This document shows positions 29,002 through 42,755 of a stretch of 64,000 nt of DNA, one piece after another; position 1 is the first letter of the stretch, and every line of letters begins with the position of its first letter. The notes beneath the pieces are model-generated. The model had not been told where the DNA came from. It saw only the letters and a program-made list of their open reading frames with translations, and ran no database searches. Made by a program: the position numbers and the translations under genes. The stretch comes from Myxococcota bacterium (lineage in GTDB: Bacteria; Myxococcota_A; UBA9160; UBA4427). Location: assembly GCA_965223565.1 (NCBI GenBank), contig CBDCWV010000004.1, positions 333,683 through 397,682 on the forward strand. Direction: 5' to 3'.

Positions 29002-29946
29002 ATGCGAATCCTCCTTGCCAGCCCGCGCGGATTCTGCGCCGGCGTCGACCGCGCGATCGAAATCGTCGAGCTCGCTCTCGAGCAGGAGAAGCGTCCGGTC
29101 TACGTCCGCCACGAGATCGTCCACAATCGACACGTCGTCGACGGTCTTCGCGCCAAGGGCGCCACGTTCATCGAAGATCCCGAGGACGCGCCCGAGGGGG
29201 CCGTGCTGATCTACTCCGCGCACGGCGTCTCACCCGAGATCCGCGACCGGGCCGAGGCAAAGCGGCTCGAGACGATCGACGCGACCTGCCCGCTCGTCAC
29301 GAAGGTCCACAACGAGGTCCACCGGATGGTCCGGCTCGGCTTCGAGATCGTCATGATCGGGCACGCCGGACACGTCGAGGTCGAGGGGACGATGGGGCAG
29401 GCGCCCGATTCGATGCACCTGGTCGAGACCGTTGAAGACGTCGCGTCGCTTGAGGTCCGTCGGCCCGACCGGCTCGGCTGCGTCACGCAGACGACGCTCT
29501 CCGTCGACGACACGCGGGACGTCATGCGCGCACTCGCCGAACGCTTTCCCGAGATCGTGCTGCCCAAACGCGATGACATCTGTTATGCCACGCAGAATCG
29601 TCAGGATGCGGTCAAGGAGCTGGCGAACTACGCCGACCTGGTCCTCGTCGTCGGTGCGCCCGCCTCGTCCAACAGCAATCGGCTCGTCGAGGTGGCCTCG
29701 CGGCTGGATGTCCCCGCCCATCTCATCCAGAGCGCGGACGACGTCGACGATCGCTGGCTCGACGGTGTCGACTGCGTCGGACTCACGGCTGGCGCGTCGA
29801 CGCCGGACATCCTCGTCCAGGGCGTGATCGAATACCTGCGTACGTATGCCGAGCAGGGGCCGGGTGGCCCCGCCACCCTCGACTCGCTGGCGACCGTCGA
29901 GGAGAGCGTCCGTTTCAAGTTGCCGCGCGAACTGCGCGAAGCGTGA
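29002..29946 (+). CDS. ispH: 4-hydroxy-3-methylbut-2-enyl diphosphate reductase
   Basis: [54 protein letters not shown]. Confidence 0.97.
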   Translation: MRILLASPRGFCAGVDRAIEIVELALEQEKRPVYVRHEIVHNRHVVDGLRAKGATFIEDPEDAPEGAVLIYSAHGVSPEIRDRAEAKRLETIDATCPLVTKVHNEVHRMVRLGFEIVMIGHAGHVEVEGTMGQAPDSMHLVETVEDVASLEVRRPDRLGCVTQTTLSVDDTRDVMRALAERFPEIVLPKRDDICYATQNRQDAVKELANYADLVLVVGAPASSNSNRLVEVASRLDVPAHLIQSADDVDDRWLDGVDCVGLTAGASTPDILVQGVIEYLRTYAEQGPGGPATLDSLATVEESVRFKLPRELREA

Positions 29947-31523
29947 ACCCGCGCGACCGAGGCCGAAGAGAGCCGACGCGAAACCCGCCAGCCAGGCACC
30001 CGCGGCGCTCGTCTCGCTCGGATGACGAGACGCCGCGGCCCCCCACGGCCGAGTCGCTGCGCCCACTGGTCGATCCCGAGGGCCCGCTCGACCCGGAGCT
30101 CGGTCCCTCCGTACCGGCGACGTCGCTGGCTGCCGCCGCCGCGCCGCCCATCAGAGCGAGCGACGAGCCGGGCGGGGAGTCACGCCGCGAGATCCTCCGC
30201 CTCGCCTGGCCCGTGATGGCCTCGCAGGTCCTGCTCAATCTGACCGGTGTCCTCGACCGGATGATGATCGGGCGACTCGCCGACGAGGGCAGCGCGGCGA
30301 TTCCGCTGGCCGCCGTCGGCTACGCATCCCAGCTCTTTCACCTCATCCACTCGACCCTGTTCGCCGTCGGACTCGCCTGCGTGGCGCTGATGGCGCGCGC
30401 GATTGGCGCACGCGACGCCCCGCGAGCGCGCCACGCCTTTGCCGGCTCGATCCAGGTCTCGGCGATCATCACACTGGTCTACGCGAGCGGCCTCTACCTC
30501 TTCTCGGAGCAGGCGCTCGCCGCGCTCGGCGCGGAGCCGTCGGTCGTGCGAGTCGCCGCCCCCTACCTCGAGCTCACGGTCGCGGCCTCGTTGGCGCTCT
30601 CGTTCACGATGATCGGCGAGAGTGGCTTGCGGGCGAACCGCGATACGCGTACGCCGATGTTGATCGCGGGCATCGTGGCGGTCGCCAAGCTCGGGTTGAA
30701 CGCGATGCTGATCTTCGGGCTGGCCGGCGCACCGCGCCTCGAGCTGCTCGGCGCCGGGCTGGCCACCGCGCTCAGTCAGCTGATCGGGCTGCTGCTCTTC
30801 GCCCTCGTGATCGCGCGCCAGCCGCGGGATGCGCCGACCGCGCTGCGGATCGGGGATCTCTTTCGACCCAACCCGATCATCCACGCCGTGGTGCGGATCG
30901 CCATTCCCGGGGTGGCCGAACGCATCGTGTTGAATCTGGGACTGCTCTTCTACTTCTGGGTTCTCAGTCGCTACTACGGCACGCTCGCGGTCGCGGCCTA
31001 TACCGTGGGGATCTCGATTCTCTCCTTCTCGTGGATTCCGGGTACGGGCTACGCGCAGGCCTGCTCGACGATCGTCGGTCAGGCACTCGGAGCGCGCCGC
31101 AGCGATGCCGCGCTCCTCGGTGCGAACCGCGCGCTCGGTCTGGCGATCGGGACCGCCCTGCCGCTCGGCCTCGCCTTCGCCTGGTATCGCGTCCCGCTCG
31201 CCCGACTCTTCACGAGCGACGCCGAGGTCGTGGCCGCGCTCTCTCCGTTCATGCTGTGTCTGGCGATCGCCCAGCCCTTTCTCCAGACGCACTTCACGCT
31301 CGGTGGCGCGCACAAGGGGGCCGGCGACACCGTCACCCCGCTGATCGCGGCGACGCTCGGCAATTGGGGCGTCCGCGTTCCCCTCGCGATCCTGATCGGC
31401 GCGATCCTCGAGGTCGACGTCGTCTGGCTCTGGGCGACGTTGATCTTCGACCACGTCGCGCGCTCGATCTTCCTCGCCGCCCGATACGTGCGTGGACGCT
31501 GGCGCCGCCTGCCCGACGTCTGA
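29943..31523 (+). CDS. MATE family efflux transporter
   Basis: [16 protein letters not shown], twofold-repeated TM pattern, GDTVTP; GTGA overlap with the ispH stop. Confidence 0.88.
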   Translation: MNPRDRGRREPTRNPPARHPRRSSRSDDETPRPPTAESLRPLVDPEGPLDPELGPSVPATSLAAAAAPPIRASDEPGGESRREILRLAWPVMASQVLLNLTGVLDRMMIGRLADEGSAAIPLAAVGYASQLFHLIHSTLFAVGLACVALMARAIGARDAPRARHAFAGSIQVSAIITLVYASGLYLFSEQALAALGAEPSVVRVAAPYLELTVAASLALSFTMIGESGLRANRDTRTPMLIAGIVAVAKLGLNAMLIFGLAGAPRLELLGAGLATALSQLIGLLLFALVIARQPRDAPTALRIGDLFRPNPIIHAVVRIAIPGVAERIVLNLGLLFYFWVLSRYYGTLAVAAYTVGISILSFSWIPGTGYAQACSTIVGQALGARRSDAALLGANRALGLAIGTALPLGLAFAWYRVPLARLFTSDAEVVAALSPFMLCLAIAQPFLQTHFTLGGAHKGAGDTVTPLIAATLGNWGVRVPLAILIGAILEVDVVWLWATLIFDHVARSIFLAARYVRGRWRRLPDV

Positions 31524-31525
31524 CG

Positions 31526-33792
<2,267 letters not shown>

Positions 33793-33796
<4 letters not shown>

Positions 33797-34287
33797 TCCT
33801 TCTCCACGCCGCTTCGCAGCGGATAGCCTCGCTCCTCGGCCAGGCGGTGGACCGTCGCCGATTTCGTCTCGGCGACCTCGAGGACATAGACACCGGCGAT
33901 GCCCATGCCACCCCGATGGATCTGCAACATGATCTGGGTCGCCGCCGAGGGGCTCTTGCCGAAGACCTTCTCGAGTACCTGCACGACGAACTCCATCGGC
34001 GTGTAGTCGTCGTTGTACAGGATGACCTTGAAGCGAGGGGGGCGCGCCGATTTCGCCCGTTCCTTGGTCGCCAGACCGCGGTCGACCTCGCGTCGCGGAT
34101 CCCGAGCCGGCGGAGGCTTGCATGGCGGCGCGTCGCCATCTCCCGGGGGGTCCGCCATCCGCATCGGATCGAAGCGTTTCGTTGGACGGCTCGCGTTCGC
34201 CCGCCCGATGGCCGGCGGCCCGGCAGTCGCCGGCGTCGAATGCGCACGGGCCGCGGCCGGCGCGTCGATTCGAGCGGGATGGAGCAT
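33793..34287 (-). CDS. clpS: Clp protease adaptor ClpS
   Basis: FKVILYNDDYTPMEFVV...IMLQIH...EVAETK...YPL; start uncertain (ATG 34287 behind a -10-like TATGCT, or a downstream ATG near 34158). Confidence 0.93.
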
Positions 34288-34361
34288 CGCGCGGAGCATA
34301 GCCCGGCCGCCAACCCCGTCGCAGCACCGCCCCCCATTCGCGTGGCTACACTCGCGCCAGC

Positions 34362-35540
34362 ATGCCCGAAGCCGCCGCCAAAGCGACGATCGAGATCGAA
34401 GCAGGCGTGGCGCGGCTCCCGCAACGAGACTGGGATCGGATCGTCGGGGACGCATCACCGTTCCTCGAATGGGCCTTCCTTGCTTCACTCGAGGAGGCGG
34501 GCACGCTCGACGACGCATCGGGCTGGCGTCCCGCCCCACTCGTCGCGCGCGAGAACGGTCGGATCGTGGCAGCCTGCCCGCTCTACGTGAAGTCGAATAG
34601 CGAGGGCGAGTTCGTCTTCGACTACGCCTGGGCAGACGCCGCCTATCGCGCCGGCATCGACTACTACCCAAAGCTGCTCGTCGGCATCCCCTTCTCTCCG
34701 GTCACGGGCGCACGCTTCCTGGTCGATCCCGACGTCGATCGGCGCGCCTGGATCGGACGGCTCGCGGAGGCGCTGCGCGAGATCTGCAGCGGGAACGCGC
34801 TCTCGAGCGTACACGTGAACTTCTGCCAGACGGACGAGGCCGAGGTGCTCGAGGCGCAGGGCTTCCACACGCGGGTCGGACTGCAATACCACTGGCACAA
34901 CCACGGCTACCGTGACTTCGAGGACTACCTGGCCGATTTTCGCAGCAAGCGCCGCAATCAGGTCCGGCGGGAGCGACGCGAGATGGAAAAGCTGGGCGTC
35001 CGGATCCGAACCTATCGTGGGGAAGACATCACCTCCGAGCTGGTCGATCCGATCTACCGCTTCTACCTCGCGACGATCCGTGCACGCGCCTGGGGACGCC
35101 AATACCTGAACCGAGACGCCTTCGAGCTCCTGATCGAGCGCTTCCGGGATCGGCTCTGTCTCGTAATCGCGGAGCACGAGGGAGATCGAATCGCGGGAAC
35201 GTTCAACGTCGAGAAGGGTGACGCGCTCTACGGGCGCTATTGGGGCGCCACGCGCATGCTTCGCCACCTCCATTTCAACGTCTGCTACTACGCCGCCGTC
35301 GAGCACTGCATCGAGCAGGGGCTGGCGCGGTTCGAGCCGGGCGCGGGCGGCGAATACAAGCAGGTACGCGGCTTCGACGCGACACCGACGTACAGCGCGC
35401 ATTTTCTCGCCGATCCGAGGCTCGGCGCTGCGGTCGCGCAATTCCTCGAACGCGAGCGCGAGCAGGCGGAGGACGCGATCGGCTGGTACCGCGACCGGAG
35501 CGCCCTGAAATCGACCGACGGCGCGCAAGGCGGCCGTTGA
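34362..35540 (+). CDS. FemAB-like GNAT protein (PF04339-type)
   Basis: SPFLEWAFL, PLYVKSNSEGEFVFDYAWA, YYPKL..IPFSPVTG, LYGRYWG, LHFNVCYY, FEPGAGGEYK. Confidence 0.88.
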   Translation: MPEAAAKATIEIEAGVARLPQRDWDRIVGDASPFLEWAFLASLEEAGTLDDASGWRPAPLVARENGRIVAACPLYVKSNSEGEFVFDYAWADAAYRAGIDYYPKLLVGIPFSPVTGARFLVDPDVDRRAWIGRLAEALREICSGNALSSVHVNFCQTDEAEVLEAQGFHTRVGLQYHWHNHGYRDFEDYLADFRSKRRNQVRRERREMEKLGVRIRTYRGEDITSELVDPIYRFYLATIRARAWGRQYLNRDAFELLIERFRDRLCLVIAEHEGDRIAGTFNVEKGDALYGRYWGATRMLRHLHFNVCYYAAVEHCIEQGLARFEPGAGGEYKQVRGFDATPTYSAHFLADPRLGAAVAQFLEREREQAEDAIGWYRDRSALKSTDGAQGGR

Positions 35541-35580
35541 ACCACGTCGATCTCGAAGCACGCGAAGCCTCGCGCTCGGC

Positions 35581-36057
35581 TCAGATCTCGATTCCGTCGT
35601 TCATCGCCTGCAACACGAAGATCTGCTCGCCGCGCGTGAGCGTCGGCTTGTTGACGAGACTCCGCAGCCGTGCGAGCCGCTCCTCGGGGCTGGCCCCCGA
35701 GCCCGAGCCGTCGCCCCCCTCGCCTTCGCCGTCCTCGCCGAGCGTCACGATCTCGATCGGGCGCTCGACCCAGCCGGCCTCGTTGATCAATGGCCCGGCC
35801 GCCGAGACGTCCGTCACGTAGAGGCGCCCACCGGCGAGCGCCATGCCTGCGTCGCTCTCGCCGACGATCCGATCGGGCTCGACCACGGAGCGAAGCCGGG
35901 CCAGGTTCTTCGCCTTCGACACCGCGAAGACCAGCACGGGCGCCGCCTGCTGGGACATGCCGAGGCGCGCCGTCACCTCACGACCCTCGAATACCCCGAT
36001 CGTGATCGCCACGAGCAGGGCCAATACCGCCCCGAGCTGCAGAAACGGGCCCCTCAT
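35581..36057 (-). CDS. Hypothetical exported/membrane-anchored protein
   Basis: N-terminal hydrophobic helix, RBS GAGAGG, genome-typical codons. Confidence 0.6.
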   Translation of the reverse strand: MRGPFLQLGAVLALLVAITIGVFEGREVTARLGMSQQAAPVLVFAVSKAKNLARLRSVVEPDRIVGESDAGMALAGGRLYVTDVSAAGPLINEAGWVERPIEIVTLGEDGEGEGGDGSGSGASPEERLARLRSLVNKPTLTRGEQIFVLQAMNDGIEI

Positions 36058-36267
36058 CTCGCCTCTCGATCCTCCGCTCGGGCCGAGCGCGAGCGCCGGC
36101 AGCCTGGTTTCCCACGTCCCTTATCGGCGCCGCGCCGGGCACGCCTGAGCACGCGCCCGCGCTTTTCGACAGCGGGCCTACGGCCTTTGCCCGATACCGG
36201 CTCCGTCCGCGCTCGACGATCTTGGTCGCGCAAAGGCCTCCCCCCCGGCGCGAAGGAGCGGCCTGCG

Positions 36268-37185
36268 ATGTCCGGACGATTCCCGGCCTGGCGCCATCGG
36301 CCCCTGGCCGGGCAATCCACCACGAATCCCTCGCGAAGCGGTCGCTCGATCGATGACCCGGCGAACTGCCCGACGGCGGCGAACCACACCGACCCGGCAG
36401 CGGCCTATCTGGCGGGTCTCGGCGAGGGATCCCGACGCACGATGCGCGAGGCGCTGACGCGGCTCGCGGAGTGGGCCTCCGGTGGTGCGACCGACCCGCA
36501 CGCCTTCGACTGGCACGAGCTCGGACTCGAGCAGACGGCCGCGCTTCGAACGCGATTGAGTCAGACCTTCGCACCCGCGACGGCGAACAAGCACCTGGCC
36601 GCGCTGCGCGGCGTGCTCAAGCGATGTTGGCAGAGCGGTGCGATGACGACGGACGCCTACCGATGCGCGACCGAGCTGCCGCCCGTTCGCGGTGGCTCGC
36701 CCCGCAAGACGCGCCGGTTCGGCGCGCGCGAGCTGGTGCACCTCGTGGCCAGCTGCCGTCGCGACCCGACGGCCGCTGGCGCCCGCGACGAGGCGATCTT
36801 CGCCCTACTCGCGGCCGCCGGGCTGCGCCGCTCGGAAGCGGTCGCGTTGGACGCCCACGACTACGACCCCGCATGCGGCAGCATCGAGATTCGCGAACGA
36901 AGGGCACCCTCGGCGCGCCGAATCGTGCTCACACAGGCGGCGCGCGACGCCCTCGACCGCTGGCTCGAACGTCGCGGCGACGGGGAGGGCCCGCTCTTCC
37001 ACCCCGTCAACAAAGGCGGTCGGATCGAGCCACGCAGGCTCTCGGAGCAGGCGATCTACATCGCGTGCCGCAAGCGCGCCGCGGAGGCTCGCCTGCCGCC
37101 CATGAGCCCGGAGGACCTACGCCGAGCCGGTCCCGCCGCCAACGGGGCGTCCGACGTTCCGCGCCCATCCCCACCCGGTCCCTGA
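36268..37185 (+). pseudogene. Tyrosine recombinase/integrase-like protein, C-terminally truncated and catalytically incomplete
   Basis: SAM-like N-domain (APATANKHLAALRGVL) and box I GLRRSE present; box II reads SPEDLRR (HxxR His replaced by Glu); ORF ends before the His/Trp and Tyr nucleophile. Confidence 0.7.
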
Positions 37186-37247
37186 GCGCGCGCGGGCCCT
37201 TCGCGATCCGAGTCCGCATCCCCAGGCCCGGGCTTCGGGCCCACGCC

Positions 37248-38195
37248 TCAGCCCTCTGCCTGCGTCGTTTCGCCGCGGGCCAGAGCGCGCGCCTCGCGCA
37301 AACGCCGAAAGTCCTCGGCGGCGTGGTACGAAGAGCGGGTCAGCGGCGTCGCCGAAACGAGCAGGAAGCCGCATGCGCTCGCCTCCGCCGCGATCTCGTC
37401 GAATTCCCCCGGCGACCAATAGCGCTCGACGGGCGCGTGACGCGGGGTCGGTCTCAAGTATTGGCCAACGGTCAGGAAGTCGACGTCGGCCGCACGCAGA
37501 TCTTCCATCACGCGTCGGATCTCGTCCCTTCGCTCACCGAGTCCGACCATGATGCCGCTCTTGCTGAAGAGCCCCGGGCGAAGCCGCTTGGCCTCGGCCA
37601 GGAGCCCGAGCGAGTGGCGATAGTCCGCGCCGGGCCGGATCTGTCTGTAGCGCCGCGGCACGGTCTCGAGGTTGTGGTTGTAGACATCGGGTGCTGCTTC
37701 GAGAATTCGCTCCAAAGCACCGGCCTTGCGTCGAAAATCAGGCGTCAATACTTCGATCGTCGTCTCTGGGGACTGCGCGCGAATGGCCTCGATCGAACGG
37801 GCGAACTGCTCGGCGCCGCCATCGGGCAGATCATCGCGATCGACCGACGTGATCACGACGTGGTCGAGTCCGAGCTCGGCGACCGCATGAGCCAGATGGG
37901 CGGGCTCCTCGGGATCGACGCGATCCGGCAGGCCGGTGTCGACATTGCAGAACGCGCAGGCGCGCGTACAGACGGAGCCCAGGATCATCACCGTCGCGTG
38001 CCGTGCCGCCCAACACTCCGAGAGATTCGGACAGGCCGCCTCTTCACAGACCGTATTGAGCGAGAGCCGCCGCATCAGTCGGCGCGTCTGCTCGACGCGC
38101 GGATCCGCCGACAGCCGTACCCGGATCCAGGGTGGCCGCTCGAGCCCTCCCTGCTTCGGCTCGTGTCCTTCGATCTGCAGCAGCTGATCCGCCAC
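37248..38195 (-). CDS. lipA: Lipoyl synthase
   Basis: [12 protein letters not shown] (auxiliary cluster), CTRACAFC (radical SAM), NHNLETV, RSSYHA. Confidence 0.97.
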   Translation of the reverse strand: MADQLLQIEGHEPKQGGLERPPWIRVRLSADPRVEQTRRLMRRLSLNTVCEEAACPNLSECWAARHATVMILGSVCTRACAFCNVDTGLPDRVDPEEPAHLAHAVAELGLDHVVITSVDRDDLPDGGAEQFARSIEAIRAQSPETTIEVLTPDFRRKAGALERILEAAPDVYNHNLETVPRRYRQIRPGADYRHSLGLLAEAKRLRPGLFSKSGIMVGLGERRDEIRRVMEDLRAADVDFLTVGQYLRPTPRHAPVERYWSPGEFDEIAAEASACGFLLVSATPLTRSSYHAAEDFRRLREARALARGETTQAEG

Positions 38196-38241
38196 GCTGC
38201 TTCCTTTCGTTCGAACGCCCTCTTCTCGAGCACCCGGTGTG

Positions 38242-39666
38242 TCAGATGTGAATCGCGCGACCGAAGGCGGCGAGCGTCGATTCGTGCATCATCTCCGAGA
38301 GCGTCGGATGGGGGAAGATCGACTGCATCAGCTCCGCCTCCGTCGTCTCGAGATTCATCGCCACCACGAATCCCTGGATCAGCTCCGTCACCTCGGCACC
38401 GATCATGTGTGCGCCGAGCAGCTCACCCGTACTCGCATCGAAGAGCGTCTTCACCAGCCCGTCCATGTCACCCAACGCGATCGCTTTGCCGTTACCCCGA
38501 AACGGGAACCGCCCGACACGGACCTCCCGACCAGCCTCGCGCGCGGCCGCCTCCGTCAACCCGACACTCGCGATCTGCGGCCTGCAATACGTGCAGCCAG
38601 GAATCCGCTCGCTCCGCATCGGATGGAGCCCGCCCTCACCCGCGATTCGTTCCACGCAGAGGATGCCCTCGTGGGTCGCTTTGTGCGCGAGCCAGGGCGG
38701 CCCGGCGACGTCTCCGATGGCATAGACGCCCGGCTCTCCGGTCTCGGTCCACTCGTTCGTGACGATATGGCTGCGGTCGACTTCGACGCCGGTCCCGTCG
38801 AGCCCGAGCCCCTCGACGTTGCCGACGATCCCGACGGCCAGGATGACGCGATCGAAGGTCGCCACCTTCGCTTCGGACTCAGCACTCCCAGCGCCCGTCG
38901 CCGTCGGAGAGATCGTCGCCGTGACGACGCCGTCGCCCTTCTCGAGCGAAGAGACCGTCGCGCCGACGTGGATTTCGATCCCCTGCTTCTCGAACGCCTT
39001 GTGCGCGAGCTGCGAGATCTCCTCGTCCTCGACGGGCAGGATCCGGGGCAGCGCCTCGACGACCGTGACCTGACTGCCGAGATCGCGATAGAAGCTCGCA
39101 AACTCGATCCCGATCGCGCCGGAGCCCACGACGAGCAGACGCGCGGGCAGGCTGGTCGGCACCATCGCCTCCTTGTAGGTCCAGACGAGCTCTCCGTCGG
39201 GCTCGAGGCCCGGTAGGGTCTTCGCGCGGGCACCCGTCGCCAGGATCACGTGCTGGGCCGCGAGCTCGCTCGCCGCGCCATCGCCCCCCTCGATTGCGAC
39301 GCGGCCGGCGCCGGCCAGGCGCGCCGTCCCGTCGTAGACGTCGACCTCGTTCTTCTTGAGCAGCGACTTCACGCCCGTATTGAGCCGCTTCGACACCTGT
39401 CGCGAGCGCTTGACGATCTTCCCCAGATCGAACGTGAACGAGTCGACCGTCAGACCGAACTCGTCGGCACGCGAGACGAGGTGATGGATCTCCGACGTTC
39501 GAAGCAGCGCCTTCGTCGGGATGCATCCCCAGTTCAGGCAGATGCCCCCGAGATGTTCCCGCTCGACCAGCGCGACCGACAGGCCGAGCTGACGCGCGCG
39601 GATGGCGGCGGGATATCCGCCGGGTCCGCCGCCGATCACGGCGACGTCATAACGAGGGCTGGTCAT
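38242..39666 (-). CDS. lpdA: Dihydrolipoyl dehydrogenase (E3)
   Basis: [33 protein letters not shown]. Confidence 0.97.
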   Translation of the reverse strand: MTSPRYDVAVIGGGPGGYPAAIRARQLGLSVALVEREHLGGICLNWGCIPTKALLRTSEIHHLVSRADEFGLTVDSFTFDLGKIVKRSRQVSKRLNTGVKSLLKKNEVDVYDGTARLAGAGRVAIEGGDGAASELAAQHVILATGARAKTLPGLEPDGELVWTYKEAMVPTSLPARLLVVGSGAIGIEFASFYRDLGSQVTVVEALPRILPVEDEEISQLAHKAFEKQGIEIHVGATVSSLEKGDGVVTATISPTATGAGSAESEAKVATFDRVILAVGIVGNVEGLGLDGTGVEVDRSHIVTNEWTETGEPGVYAIGDVAGPPWLAHKATHEGILCVERIAGEGGLHPMRSERIPGCTYCRPQIASVGLTEAAAREAGREVRVGRFPFRGNGKAIALGDMDGLVKTLFDASTGELLGAHMIGAEVTELIQGFVVAMNLETTEAELMQSIFPHPTLSEMMHESTLAAFGRAIHI

Positions 39667-39678
39667 TTCGTGTTCCTT

Positions 39679-40983
39679 TCACAGGATCATCCCGATCGGA
39701 TCTTCGAGCCGGCTGCGGATGGCCGCCAGCAGACGCGCACCGACCGCTCCATCGACGGCGCGATGATCGGCTGCCAGCGTCAGTCCGGCGACGTGTCCGA
39801 CCACGATCTCGCCTTCGCGAACGACGGGCTGGGCCTCCGCCGCGCCGACGCCGAGGATACAGGCCTGGGGCGGATTCAAGATCGGATAGACGGTCTCGAT
39901 GCCATACATGCCGAGATTCGAGATCGTGAACGTTCCGCCCCGATACTGCGCGGGCGTGAGCTTGCCGTCGCGCGCCGCGGCGGCGAGCCCGCGTACCTCT
40001 TCGGCGATCAGACTGAGGCGCTTGCGATCGGCACCGCGCACGACGGGCGTCACGAGTCCACCGTCGGTCGCGACGGCCACGGCGATATCGATGCGATCGA
40101 AGACCCGAATCGCGTCCCCTGCGAACTGCACGTTCGCCTCGGGCACCTCTCGCAGGGCCAAAGCTGCGGCGCGCAGGATGAAGTCGTTGAGCGAGATTCT
40201 GCCCGCCTGTCCCTCCTCCGCGAGTCCCGCATTCAGCCGCGCGCGCACCGCGATCGCCTCATCCATCGAGACGCGCATGCGCAGGTAGAAATGGGGCACC
40301 TGCTGCTTCGATTCCGTCATCCGACGCGCAATCGTCTCGCGCATCGAGCTCAACCGAATCGATCGCCCGTCCGCCTCGCCAGCGAGCTCGACGACAGGCG
40401 GCGGCGCAGATTCGCCCGGCGCCTGCGCTGGTGCCTGTCGCAGAACATCGGCCTCGACGATGCGTCCGCCGGGTCCCGTGCCCACGACGTGCGACAGCTC
40501 GACCGCGTTTGCCTCGGCGGCGCGTCGGGCCAGGGGTGTCGCCGGCGGCGACGGACGCTCCGCGGACGCGTCCCCAGCGCTTGCCGGGGGACCCGTACTC
40601 GCCCGCCCCGTCGACGTATCTGCGGGCACTCGCGCGGGCACTGCCCCAGCTGCCGGCGACGGAGAAGGAGCCGGTGACGCCGAGACGGCCGGCGACGGGG
40701 AGGAATCCGTCGCAGCGCGGGGAGCGGCGTCGCTCTCCGTTTCGAGCGTCGCGAGCGTCGTGCCGGGTGCGATCGCTTCGGTTCCCGCGGCCACGACGAG
40801 CTGGCTGATCGTACCGGTCTCGGGCGATTCGAGCTCGACGGTCGCCTTCTCGGTCTCGAGCTCCGCGATCACCTCGCCCTTCTCGACGTGATCGCCCGGT
40901 GCGACCAGCCAATTCGCGAGCACGCCGCCCTCGCTCTCGTCCTCGGACGAGAGCTGGGGCATTTCGATCTGCACCGAGGCCAT
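39679..40983 (-). CDS. pdhC: Pyruvate dehydrogenase-type E2 (dihydrolipoamide acetyltransferase)
   Basis: Lipoyl domain LETEKATVE, GTGPGGRI, ESKQQVPHFY, GGTFTISNLGMYG, ILNPPQ, DHRAVDG. Confidence 0.88.
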   Translation of the reverse strand: MASVQIEMPQLSSEDESEGGVLANWLVAPGDHVEKGEVIAELETEKATVELESPETGTISQLVVAAGTEAIAPGTTLATLETESDAAPRAATDSSPSPAVSASPAPSPSPAAGAVPARVPADTSTGRASTGPPASAGDASAERPSPPATPLARRAAEANAVELSHVVGTGPGGRIVEADVLRQAPAQAPGESAPPPVVELAGEADGRSIRLSSMRETIARRMTESKQQVPHFYLRMRVSMDEAIAVRARLNAGLAEEGQAGRISLNDFILRAAALALREVPEANVQFAGDAIRVFDRIDIAVAVATDGGLVTPVVRGADRKRLSLIAEEVRGLAAAARDGKLTPAQYRGGTFTISNLGMYGIETVYPILNPPQACILGVGAAEAQPVVREGEIVVGHVAGLTLAADHRAVDGAVGARLLAAIRSRLEDPIGMIL

Positions 40984-41144
40984 TGCGCGTGTCCCCCCTG
41001 GCCACCGCTCGATCGGTCCGACGCCGAACCTCAGGCCGTCGTCTCCGCGGCGTGGCGCCGGGATACGACCCACGCGCAGCATAGCGCGCAGGCCGCGCCC
41101 CAGCGGTGTCGTGCCCGGGCTGCGACCAAAGCTACCCTTGCGCG

Positions 41145-42710
41145 ATGGAAGGTGTCTGGAGTGCGCATTGGCAGGGCGTACGGCTGCGCGTGGTCGACAT
41201 GTCGACGGGCCGATCGCTGCACGTCGAGGAGGATCTCGGCCCCGATCGAGTGGGACGGGTCTGGCTGCGCTTCGACTGCGTCACGCCACGGCCGATCTGG
41301 CGCCGCGATCCGACGGGCCGCGACGAGATCCACCCGCTCGACGAGCGCGGCGACTTCGTCGCCGAGGCGATCGAGCTGCTTCGCCGCGAGGGCAGCAATC
41401 TGATCGTGCGCGGCGGAGGAGTCGAAGCAACCGACGATTCGCCTGCGATGGACCACTCGAGCGACCCGGCGACGAGAGCGATCGCCGCAGTGGCAGCGAC
41501 CTCGGACGCGGTGCTGCGCGAAGCCGAGATCGCGCTGCGCAATCGACCGGTCGAGCTCGACGAGCTCGACCTCGAGTCGCTCCGCGCACGCCGCAGCGAG
41601 AAATGGCATACCTACCCCGCGGACGTGCTGCCGGCCTGGGTCGCGGAGATGGATTTTCCGATCGCCGCGCCGATCCGCGCCGAGCTCGAGCGCTTCACCC
41701 GCAGCTCGGACGTGGGCTACCCGCTCGCGCCCGACGAGACGGGCCTTGCGGACGCGTTCTGCGAACGGATGGCGGAGCGATTCGATTGGCAGATCCGCCC
41801 GGGAGAGGTCGAGATCCTGTCCGAAGTCGTCCAGGGTCTCTACCTCGCACTCGAGGCCTTCTCGGCGCCCGGCGACGGCGTCGTCGTCCAGACGCCGATC
41901 TATCCGCCCTTTCTCGGCTCGATCCGCGACACGGGCCGGCGATTGATCGAAAACCGCATGCGGGTCGGCCCCGGCGGCCGACTCGACTTCGAGCTCGACG
42001 CGCTGGCCGGGCAAATCGATCGCGACACACGCGTCTTTCTGTTCTGCAACCCGCACAACCCGTCGGGCCGAGTCTACGCACGCGCCGAGCTCGAACGCGT
42101 GGCCGAAGTCGCCATCCGCCACGATCTCGTCGTCGTGAGCGACGAGATTCACGCCGATCTGCTCTTCGACGGTCGCCGTCACGTCCCGCTCGCCAGTCTG
42201 GGCCCGGAGATCGCGCGTCGAACGCTGACACTCAGCTCGGCGAGCAAGGCCTTCAATATTCCCGGGCTCCGTTGCGCCGTCGCACATGTCGGTGATCCGG
42301 CGCTCGCGCGGCGGCTGTCGCGTGCGCTGCCACGGCACGTGCGCGGCGGGATCGGACTGTTCGGTCTCTACGCGACGATCGCTGCCTGGCGCTACGCACA
42401 GCCCTGGCTCGACGACGTCGTCGCCTACCTCGAGGCGAACCGCGATTTCGTCGCGAACGCGCTCGCCGACCGGATTCCCGAGCTACGGATCGCAGCGCCC
42501 GAAGCGACCTTTCTCGCCTGGCTCGACTGTGGCGCGCTCGAGATCGAGGGATCGCCGGCTGCCCATTTCCTGCGCCACGGTCGCGTCGCACTCTCCGACG
42601 GCCGCCTCTTCGGCGAGGGGTGGGAGCCTTACGTCCGACTCAACTTTGCGACCTCACGGCCGATCCTGACGGACGTAGTCGATCGCATGGCGAAGGCCCT
42701 GGGCCGCTAG
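41145..42710 (+). CDS. MalY/PatB-family PLP-dependent C-S lyase with an extra ~130-aa N-terminal region
   Basis: SEKW...WVAEMDF, YPPF, CNPHNPSG, SDEIHADL, SASKAFN (PLP Lys), RLNFAT. Confidence 0.88.
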   Translation: MEGVWSAHWQGVRLRVVDMSTGRSLHVEEDLGPDRVGRVWLRFDCVTPRPIWRRDPTGRDEIHPLDERGDFVAEAIELLRREGSNLIVRGGGVEATDDSPAMDHSSDPATRAIAAVAATSDAVLREAEIALRNRPVELDELDLESLRARRSEKWHTYPADVLPAWVAEMDFPIAAPIRAELERFTRSSDVGYPLAPDETGLADAFCERMAERFDWQIRPGEVEILSEVVQGLYLALEAFSAPGDGVVVQTPIYPPFLGSIRDTGRRLIENRMRVGPGGRLDFELDALAGQIDRDTRVFLFCNPHNPSGRVYARAELERVAEVAIRHDLVVVSDEIHADLLFDGRRHVPLASLGPEIARRTLTLSSASKAFNIPGLRCAVAHVGDPALARRLSRALPRHVRGGIGLFGLYATIAAWRYAQPWLDDVVAYLEANRDFVANALADRIPELRIAAPEATFLAWLDCGALEIEGSPAAHFLRHGRVALSDGRLFGEGWEPYVRLNFATSRPILTDVVDRMAKALGR

Positions 42711-42755
42711 TCTCTGGTCCGCGCGAGCCACGTGCGGGCCGAGCGAGGAGGATCG

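Noticed and set aside
33797-34671. ORF-track N-terminal extensions of clpA (to 34327) and clpS (to 34671); similarly rpoB, aceE, aceF, phoB and the SDR
   Set aside because: They overlap neighbouring real genes; starts were reassigned using homology boundaries, RBS and stop/start overlaps
36268-37185. Active prophage/ICE integrase or XerC/D
   Set aside because: Catalytic His and Tyr are missing; no att sites or phage/conjugation genes nearby
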